This document shows positions 1-5,474 of a stretch of 5,527 nt of DNA, piece after piece (within the stretch, counting starts at the first letter, position 1; every line of letters starts with the position of its first letter). The DNA is taken from UHGV virus genome UHGV-2011979; one strand, given 5' to 3'. The notes under the pieces were generated by a model. The model had not been told where the DNA came from. It was given only the letters and a program-made list of their open reading frames with translations, and ran no database searches. The position numbers and the translations under genes are program-made. The stretch comes from a virus.

Positions 1-782
1 TCTATTGTTTCTACTTTAATAGGAGTTTTGTTGTAGTACTTTGTTTGTTTCTCTTCCTTTATGATTCGGAGGGCTTCGCGTTCTTGATCTGTCCATATTT
101 TTTGTTTGTAGTATGTTGGTAGTGCGACTTTTATTCCTGATCCTGTTCTGTATGTTTCTTCCGTGAATCTATCTTGATATTTATGCCTGTTGAGTGTGTT
201 TTTGTTTATGTAACCTATTCCGATCCTTTTTGAAGTGAATATCTTTCCGTTGAATTCGGGATTGTCTTCGTCTCTTTTCGTTATGTATTTTATGATGTAG
301 TTTATTGTTCTTTCATTCACTTCGTACCCGAAGAATATCCAGCCGTACCCCCATTCTTTCTCGAATTGTTCTTCTGTTAATTCTGTCCATATAATGCCGT
401 GTAGATGTATTCTTTTGGTGTTATCATGTCCTAATTCTGTGATTAACCAGTGTTTGAGTGGCTTCTTGTATTTTTTCCACCATCGTTTTCTGAATAGGCT
501 GATTGCTTTTTGAGGCGCTTTGTTTGGTTCTTTTTCGTCATATTCCAGTTTTTTTAAGCTCTCTTCGGAGAATGTCAGTGTCGCAAATATAATGTTTTTT
601 GGATTCGATTTTATTTCTTCCATTAATCTTACTCTCCATTCATTTGCTTTTGCGTGTCTGCATTCTTCGCAGTGTCCGCATGGAATTTGAATCCATCTTA
701 GGCGATAATCCTTAATTCTTTTGCTGTTTTCATTCGATTTGGCGTATTTGGGATTCTCAATGATACTCGGATATAGACACAT
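1..782 (-). CDS. VP4: Rolling-circle replication initiation protein (Microviridae VP4/gpA-like HUH endonuclease). Start codon at 782..780; the 3' end is truncated by the window edge, leaving 260 aa visible.
   Basis: I translated the minus strand from the ATG at 782 by hand. The frame stays open to position 1; the track omits it because it never reaches a stop. The product begins MCLYPSIIENPKY...IPCGHCEECRHAKANEW...NIIFATLTFSEE...TKRIHLHGIIWTE...INYIIKYITKRDED. It carries a CxxC...C zinc-finger-like cluster at aa 35-41 (nt 680..660). RCR motif I FATLTF is at aa 66-71 (nt 587..570). The HUH motif HLHGII is at aa 126-131 (nt 407..390), and I confirmed it as CAT CTA CAC GGC ATT ATA. The catalytic motif III YIIKYITK (YxxKYxxK, two tyrosines) is at aa 162-169 (nt 299..276). 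The N-terminal CxxP...NP pattern and CG(H/K)CxxC are typical of gokushovirus-type VP4 proteins. Confidence 0.9.
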   Translation of the reverse strand, partial: MCLYPSIIENPKYAKSNENSKRIKDYRLRWIQIPCGHCEECRHAKANEWRVRLMEEIKSNPKNIIFATLTFSEESLKKLEYDEKEPNKAPQKAISLFRKRWWKKYKKPLKHWLITELGHDNTKRIHLHGIIWTELTEEQFEKEWGYGWIFFGYEVNERTINYIIKYITKRDEDNPEFNGKIFTSKRIGIGYINKNTLNRHKYQDRFTEETYRTGSGIKVALPTYYKQKIWTDQEREALRIIKEEKQTKYYNKTPIKVETI

Positions 783-823
783 TGGTTTTATTTAAAATTT
801 TCCCCTTTAAAATCATTTTTCTC

Positions 824-2032
824 TTACCATTTTGTTGTTACAGTTTTATCTACTCCTTTGAATTGCATTTCCGGATCGAAATGCTGTGTTACTGTCGTCG
901 AATTCTTGGGGGGTGTTTCGCTCATCCTTTTTTCCGTATATTCTCTGATCAGTTTTCCTGTTTTTCCTCCGATCGTTAGATTTCCTACTACTTGTGCTAA
1001 TTTGATGATCGTATTTGCAATCTCGGTCCAGTATTGAAGCTCTCGCAGTTCTGCGGTTGCCTCTTCGGTTCTCTTTTTCACTTCGAGCATCTTTGCTTCT
1101 GCTTTCTGAGTTTCGCCTGCTGCATAATAATACGCTGCCTGGGCCATTCCGCTACATGCGTCTGCGTTTATTTTTTTGATTTCTGCCGATAGTTTTTTGT
1201 CTGCGTATATGCTTTCTAAGGTTTTGATCGCCGCCGTTCCCTCGAGGATCTGTTTTTCGGCTGCCATCATATCGCCCTGGAATGATTCTTCTCCGAATAC
1301 AATTTTGCCGAACTTGTCATCCTCTATTTCGAAGTATTTAGGTATTTCAACTTCCTTGCCGTCGATTGTTGTTTTTTCTGTTGGTTGCCATTTTACCATC
1401 TGATCCCATAGCTGGTTTGCTGTGTTGATGAAGCTTGTCCATCCTTTAAACATTTCTTGCTTTACTTCCCATAGCCTTTTATCGATTATCGATTGGGTTT
1501 CCTCTTTGTTTTTACCTGCTTCTGCTTTGAGTGCGTCTGCTTGGGTATTGAGTAGATTGATTTCTGCTTCGTTCTTTCGCTCGCTCATCCGCACCTGTCG
1601 TAGCGACATCAATGCTTGCAGTTGTGCATTAGGATCGGCTGCTGATCCTGCGCCGGCAGCACCCGTTGCCCCCATGGGGGCACCTGTCGTCGATCCGGCC
1701 CCCCCACCGCTGGCCCCGCCTCCACCATACATTAGGCCTGGTGACAATCCTGCTGCATCCATTTGTGCGACTTTGTTAGCGTAACTTTGGTCTTGATAGG
1801 TTCTGTTGTATAATACTTGCTGCCTTTCGAACGCATTCTCTGCTGCCATTTCTCCGTATTTGTAGTTTATTCGAGCCGCGTTCTCTGCCATCTCTTTCTG
1901 CTGCCTCATCTGTCTCCTTCTGCCTATGCCTAACATATTAAGAATTCCCGAGGCGCCGCCAATGATTCCCGAGGCACCACTTGTGAGATCCTCTCCTGTT
2001 TGGAGTAATTTTAATAGTTTTTCAAAGTTCAT
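824..2032 (-). CDS. VP2: Minor capsid / DNA pilot protein (Microviridae VP2, phiX174 H-like), 402 aa.
   Basis: ORF from the track. The N-terminus is Gly/Ala/Ile-rich and hydrophobic (TSGASGIIGGASGILNMLGIG), and is encoded by a 13-nt direct repeat attcccgaggcRcc at 1944..1956 and 1965..1977. A basic patch RRRQMRQQK follows. Aa ~97-133 (nt ~1634..1744) form an extreme Gly/Ala/Ser/Thr low-complexity linker (GGGGASGGGAGSTTGAPMGATGAAGAGSAADP). Aa ~135-200 (EAEINLLNTQADALKAEAGKNKEETQSIIDKRLWEVKQEM) form a long predicted coiled coil. This architecture matches pilot proteins that form a coiled-coil DNA conduit. The gene lies between capsid and Rep, as VP2 does in gokusho/alpaviruses. Confidence 0.7.
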   Translation of the reverse strand: MNFEKLLKLLQTGEDLTSGASGIIGGASGILNMLGIGRRRQMRQQKEMAENAARINYKYGEMAAENAFERQQVLYNRTYQDQSYANKVAQMDAAGLSPGLMYGGGGASGGGAGSTTGAPMGATGAAGAGSAADPNAQLQALMSLRQVRMSERKNEAEINLLNTQADALKAEAGKNKEETQSIIDKRLWEVKQEMFKGWTSFINTANQLWDQMVKWQPTEKTTIDGKEVEIPKYFEIEDDKFGKIVFGEESFQGDMMAAEKQILEGTAAIKTLESIYADKKLSAEIKKINADACSGMAQAAYYYAAGETQKAEAKMLEVKKRTEEATAELRELQYWTEIANTIIKLAQVVGNLTIGGKTGKLIREYTEKRMSETPPKNSTTVTQHFDPEMQFKGVDKTVTTKW

Positions 2033-2126
2033 TTTCGTTCTTTTCTTAAAAGAATTTATACCTTATGTTCTTGTTATATATGTATAAACGTCTACCGCCC
2101 TGTGCCACATGTATTTATGAGGGTTG

Positions 2127-2157
2127 AAAGAGGGGGACGGAAACATCCCCCCTCTTT
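2127..2157. promoter_or_regulatory. GC-rich perfect hairpin in the 154-nt VP-intergenic region (10-bp stem AAAGAGGGGG / CCCCCTCTTT, 11-nt loop).
   Basis: Positions 2127..2136 (aaagaggggg) are the exact reverse complement of 2148..2157 (ccccctcttt), with the loop acggaaacatc between them. This is the only strongly structured element in the only sizeable non-coding stretch of the window. On the plus strand it is followed by gagTTTTgg. Confidence 0.5.
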
Positions 2158-2186
2158 GAGTTTTGGTAGAGCTTTATACGACTGCT

Positions 2187-2510
2187 TTAGCTCTTTTCGG
2201 GATCGGTTTTTACTCCTGTCCCGAAATCTTTCACGGCTTCGGTTTCCCCCTTGCTTTTTGCGACTTGGTTTGCTGTGCTTTGATTGATTTTATCTATTGC
2301 GTCTATCGCTACTTCGAATCGATCTGTCCTTATGTCGAATTCGGGTTGTACTCCATCTTTCTTTTCCGTGTAGATTGTTGGAAATACTCCATCCTCCATG
2401 TCATTGGATTCCCCATTGATTATTTTCCTCAGTTTTACCTCTCTTGGTTCTGCTTGGTATGTGAGGTTGGGATTGTTGATACATCCTTTTCTATTTCTTG
2501 CTGTTTTCAT
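2187..2510 (-). CDS. Hypothetical small protein (107 aa) between VP1 and VP2, with a basic N-terminus and an acidic body. It may be an internal scaffolding (VP3-like) or DNA-associated protein.
   Basis: ORF from the track. Its ATG (2510..2508) lies 4 nt downstream of the VP1 stop (2517..2515). It is on the same strand and in the same compact operon. The N-terminus MKTARNRKGCINNP is Lys/Arg-rich, and the remainder is Asp/Glu-rich (EDGVFPTIYTEKKDGVQPEFDIRTDRFEVAIDAIDK...). I recognise no motif. Confidence 0.5.
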   Translation of the reverse strand: MKTARNRKGCINNPNLTYQAEPREVKLRKIINGESNDMEDGVFPTIYTEKKDGVQPEFDIRTDRFEVAIDAIDKINQSTANQVAKSKGETEAVKDFGTGVKTDPEKS

Positions 2511-2514
2511 GGTG

Positions 2515-4560
2515 TTATAAATTTGGAATTTGTTTTGCTGACATTACTCGGCGCGCTGTTACATCGAACGCCACTTGGACCCAGAAGTTTTGCGAGCTTA
2601 GTCTCGACTCTGCGAATATATTGTTATATATTGTCGGATCGATGTACGTCGACGGGTTAGAAATTGTTCCATTTGTACTTTCTTCGTATACCCTGTTCAA
2701 GCACATGAACGCTAAAGGCATTCCCGCGGCAAATTCGCCGTATGTTTCGTTTACGTCTGTTGTGTATTCGATCCACGACGGTTGTTTTCCTAATGACTGG
2801 TATACGTGTTGGTAGTTTTCGGTAGTTTCCGTACTCCATGCGGCTGCTTCTTCTGCTATTAGTTCTTGGAATCCAATTGCGTCTAATGTTGGCTTATGGA
2901 AGTCATCCATAGTCTCTAATCTTGTCCACCATTTGTTGCCTTGACTATAATCTATTCGAGGTGTAATCGACCCTAAAGCCATGATCATACTTGGTTCTGT
3001 GCATTTGATTTTCAAGCCCCTTCCGGATTTATACATGGTTGCCACTCCTCGTCCGGCAAGTGTTCCCAGTGGCTCATCGTCTGTTGCTGAATTTGATACA
3101 ATCTCATCGAATGCGATTTCGCTTTGCATTCCGCCGCAGAATATAGGAGATTCGGGTAGTGTTGCGCTTCTGATTCCGTATGTTGCTTCTCTCCATGCTT
3201 GGTAGGTACCGTCTGTAATGGCTACGCGGTTTAGCATGTTGAATATTTTTTTTTGGAGAATTAGAGCGTCCATAGTAAGTTTTCCGTCGCTTACGTCTAC
3301 CGCTGTAATTGCGTTGATTCCCCCCGTTGTCCCGTCGATCCATTCGGTGTTGAGCCAATTGTTGAATCTGTCGCTAAGGTATGTTTTTACTGCTAATCCC
3401 GCTTGTGAGAACCACGATAATGAACTGGTATATGTTTTCTTGCGGTCGTAGCTTGGTAGGTCTAAGGGTCCCGTTGCAGCTCCGTATGGCAGGGTTCCAT
3501 GGTCTACTATGTATGCCGAGGTGCTCGGTGCCGCCAGGATTTTGGTCCGTTCATCGTCGATGTTTTTTAATGGGAATGCTGTTAGTTTGATTTTTTGGTT
3601 GTCCGGCATTGTTACCGGGTTTCTTCCGCTTGTGCTTATTTTGTATGCAAGTTTGATGGCTTTTTTGATTTTGTACATGTAAATGTTGGTTGCCTTTCTC
3701 GGGTTATTTGGTTCCCTGAGTCCCGGCGCATCCGGATCTGTTCGTTCGAATACAAAAGTGTCTCCGAGTTTTGTCAGGCCGTTGCTCTCTATTGTTGGTG
3801 TGTACGGGTTATTTGTCATGAGTTGTATCTCATTGACTTCTTCGGGTGAGATTTTTTCCTCGAATTCCAGCTTGATGTACTGCGGTTTTTCATCTGTTGG
3901 CGTAACATTGTATTGCTCGCCTGAGTTGGTGAGCCATGTCTTGGCCCAGTTATACCCGTCTCCTACCTGGATTTTTTTCCAAATACGGTCTATTCCGGTG
4001 ATTACATATGCGTTTTCTTCTTGTTTGTTGGCGTAGTAGTTTTTGAATATATCCCAGTATGCCAGATTGAACATCGCGGGAAATCTTCGGAGGTATTGAT
4101 TAACCTTAGAGTGTCCGAATCCCTTTATTCCTATGTACGCCAGTAGCGAGCTTGGATTAACTTGCCCCCTATTGGTATCTAATTCATAGATTGATGTGTT
4201 AGCACTGTATGCTTCAAATTGTGGTAGTAATACTTTGCTCATATTCAACCCTACTCCCAAGGCATTATTATGCAATGCTGCTATGTAGAGCCTGATCGGA
4301 ATTACGAACACGTCGATTTGGTGTTTGAAGCTTCCGAATACAGGTCCGGTTGTTGGCAAAGTCTTTACTTTTGTCGTGATGTCAATGTAGAATGTTGTTC
4401 CATCCAAACCTATTTGGCACCAATAGGGAACGATTGTTCCGCATGCTTGTGATGTTCGGATTATCTTCCCCACGTTGTGCGATGATCTGCCGAAATTAGG
4501 CAGATATACCTCCATTTTGCTCTCGCTTCGGAGTCTGTCTCCTCCTAATGTTTTTTTCAT
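2515..4560 (-). CDS. VP1: Major capsid protein (Microviridae VP1, phiX174 F-like jelly-roll), 681 aa.
   Basis: This is the longest ORF in the window and it is on the minus strand. It sits immediately upstream of the VP2-like and Rep genes, matching the VP1-VP2-VP4 order of gokusho/alpaviruses. Its size falls in the 600-780 aa range of Alpavirinae-type VP1 proteins. The call rests on size and synteny; I verified no catalytic motif. Confidence 0.75.
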   Translation of the reverse strand: MKKTLGGDRLRSESKMEVYLPNFGRSSHNVGKIIRTSQACGTIVPYWCQIGLDGTTFYIDITTKVKTLPTTGPVFGSFKHQIDVFVIPIRLYIAALHNNALGVGLNMSKVLLPQFEAYSANTSIYELDTNRGQVNPSSLLAYIGIKGFGHSKVNQYLRRFPAMFNLAYWDIFKNYYANKQEENAYVITGIDRIWKKIQVGDGYNWAKTWLTNSGEQYNVTPTDEKPQYIKLEFEEKISPEEVNEIQLMTNNPYTPTIESNGLTKLGDTFVFERTDPDAPGLREPNNPRKATNIYMYKIKKAIKLAYKISTSGRNPVTMPDNQKIKLTAFPLKNIDDERTKILAAPSTSAYIVDHGTLPYGAATGPLDLPSYDRKKTYTSSLSWFSQAGLAVKTYLSDRFNNWLNTEWIDGTTGGINAITAVDVSDGKLTMDALILQKKIFNMLNRVAITDGTYQAWREATYGIRSATLPESPIFCGGMQSEIAFDEIVSNSATDDEPLGTLAGRGVATMYKSGRGLKIKCTEPSMIMALGSITPRIDYSQGNKWWTRLETMDDFHKPTLDAIGFQELIAEEAAAWSTETTENYQHVYQSLGKQPSWIEYTTDVNETYGEFAAGMPLAFMCLNRVYEESTNGTISNPSTYIDPTIYNNIFAESRLSSQNFWVQVAFDVTARRVMSAKQIPNL

Positions 4561-4563
4561 GGC

Positions 4564-4869
4564 TTATTCTTTTTGAGTGTTTATCATTTGGTTATTTACG
4601 TGTGCGATGAATATAAATGCCGCGGTTAAGATGTCATCCCACGTTTTTTCAGATAGATGTTTTTCGGCGTCCTCTTTGGTGTCGAATTCTTTCCCGTTTA
4701 CGAGTGCCCCGCACGTTGTGATCACCCATTTGTTTTTTTTGTTGCGAATTAGTACGAACGGCCCCTCTTTTGATACCGCTCTTTCTTCGATTTCGAGGTT
4801 TACGTTTTTGATTTCCTCTTCTTTTTTTTGGCTTTCAGCGAGTAGCTGATTTCTGAATTTCTTGTCCAT
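4564..4869 (-). CDS. Hypothetical protein (101 aa) immediately upstream of VP1, with a charged coiled-coil-like N-terminus and a short hydrophobic segment near the C-terminus.
   Basis: ORF from the track. Its stop TAA (4566..4564) is 3 nt from the VP1 ATG, and its ATG (4869..4867) is 1 nt after the stop of the 56-aa membrane ORF. The N-terminus NQLLAESQKKEEEIKNVNLEIEERAVSKE is heptad-like. The C-terminal segment WDDILTAAFIFIAHV is hydrophobic. Confidence 0.5.
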   Translation of the reverse strand: MDKKFRNQLLAESQKKEEEIKNVNLEIEERAVSKEGPFVLIRNKKNKWVITTCGALVNGKEFDTKEDAEKHLSEKTWDDILTAAFIFIAHVNNQMINTQKE

Positions 4870-4870
4870 G

Positions 4871-5041
4871 TTACTTGATTTTTGTTGATGTTGATACTTC
4901 GATTGTGTCGACTTTAATTCCGCTTGCTTTGAGGTAATGCTTGTGAGTGCAACCCTGCTCTATGATCACGGCAGCTGCCGCGCCGATCGCAGCCGCTATT
5001 ACCGCGATCCATTTTACGATCTTCTTTACTTTTTCATTCAT
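4871..5041 (-). CDS. Small single-pass membrane protein (56 aa, N-terminal transmembrane helix). It is not in the supplied ORF track, apparently because it is under 60 aa. Candidate lysis (amurin/holin-like) or membrane-targeting protein.
   Basis: I hand-translated the reverse complement of 5041..4871 and obtained MNEKVKKIVKWIAVIAAAIGAAAAVIIEQGCTHKHYLKASGIKVDTIEVSTSTKIK followed by TAA. The layout is a Lys-rich N-terminus, then a 17-residue uninterrupted hydrophobic helix (WIAVIAAAIGAAAAVII), then a polar C-terminal tail. The start codon (5041..5039) overlaps the TGA of the upstream 118-aa ORF (5040..5038) in an ATGA arrangement. The stop (4873..4871) is 1 nt from the ATG of the next gene. 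Confidence 0.55.
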   Translation of the reverse strand: MNEKVKKIVKWIAVIAAAIGAAAAVIIEQGCTHKHYLKASGIKVDTIEVSTSTKIK

Positions 5042-5394
5042 AGGTTTAGTGATAATTGAATGTTTGTGTTTTTGATTATTACTATTCTTCTGATAGTGGG
5101 TTCGTACATTTGTTTGCTTTCGTTGTATAACCAGTCAGTTATTTCGTAGAAGCTTATGCCGGTTCTTTGCGCTTTTTGAGTGATTACGTATTCTTTGTCG
5201 TATACCTCTCCGTCTTCTGTTACGTAATATGTTCCTTCGTATTTGAAGTCTCGTCGAGATACCCTTTCGGCGCCGATCAGCTTTATTAGGTTGCTTGATC
5301 TGTCTCCGATGTCTCCTCTGTCTCTGTTGGTATCAGTATTTTGTTTCGTATTAATATGTTTTCCAACCTTTTGATTGCAATCTCTGTTTGCCAT
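5038..5394 (-). CDS. Hypothetical protein (118 aa as drawn from the first ATG; the true start may be further downstream). It overlaps the 62-aa ORF in the -1 frame.
   Basis: ORF from the track. The C-terminal ~80 aa (DFKYEGTYYVTEDGEVYDKEYVITQKAQRTGISFYEITDWLYNESKQMYEPTIRRIVIIKNTNIQ) read like a folded, beta-rich domain. The N-terminal 36 aa (MANRDCNQKVGKHINTKQNTDTNRDRGDIGDRSSNL) are polar, low-complexity, and wholly overlapped by the 62-aa ORF. The stop codon is translationally coupled by ATGA to the 56-aa membrane ORF. Confidence 0.5.
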   Translation of the reverse strand: MANRDCNQKVGKHINTKQNTDTNRDRGDIGDRSSNLIKLIGAERVSRRDFKYEGTYYVTEDGEVYDKEYVITQKAQRTGISFYEITDWLYNESKQMYEPTIRRIVIIKNTNIQLSLNL

Positions 5395-5474
5395 AGTTCA
5401 CGAGTTAGTTGTGTTTTATTTATGATCAAGTCTGCATATCCTTTGCATATTTCATTTTTTTCTCTTTCCGTCAT
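5286..5474 (-). CDS. Hypothetical small protein (62 aa), predicted helical/coiled-coil, and the first gene of the minus-strand cluster.
   Basis: ORF from the track, with ATG at 5474..5472 after an A-rich leader (caaacaatcaaaaaatATG). The sequence TQLTRELWQTEIAIKRLENILIRNKIL has a heptad-like hydrophobic periodicity, and the C-terminal tail is acidic (PTETEETSETDQAT). The last 109 nt overlap the 118-aa ORF in another frame. Confidence 0.4.
   Translation of the reverse strand: MTEREKNEICKGYADLIINKTQLTRELWQTEIAIKRLENILIRNKILIPTETEETSETDQAT

Noticed and set aside
2127-2157. The hairpin as a rho-independent terminator for the coding-strand operon.
   Set aside because: On the minus (coding) strand the stem is followed by CAACCCTCAT, not a U-tract. 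A T4 tract follows only on the non-coding plus strand.
2033-2186. Bacteroidetes-type promoter (TAnnTTTG -7 box with upstream TTTG) in front of VP2 or Rep.
   Set aside because: I scanned the minus strand of the intergenic regions and found no exact TAnnTTTG match, so no promoter feature is reported.
2657-2839. A 60-aa minus-strand ORF inside VP1 in another frame (MEYGNYRKLPTRIPVIRK...).
   Set aside because: It is short, fully embedded in the capsid gene, and has basic, low-complexity composition typical of a shifted purine-rich frame. There is no independent support.
782-4849. Thirteen plus-strand ORFs from the track: 782..979, 1176..1403, 1422..1784, 2102..2287, 2163..2660, 2498..2815, 2981..3205, 3218..3451, 3381..3590, 3595..3849, 3683..4036, 4270..4452 and 4577..4849.
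   Set aside because: All are antisense to well-supported minus-strand genes. Their translations are dominated by Phe/Cys/Ser/Leu from the T-rich non-coding strand and have no domain-like features. They are frame artefacts.
5286-5394. Programmed -1 ribosomal frameshift fusing the 62-aa and 118-aa ORFs.
   Set aside because: The frames have the right -1 relationship, but I found no X_XXY_YYZ slippery heptamer in the zero frame of the overlap and no obvious downstream stimulatory structure.
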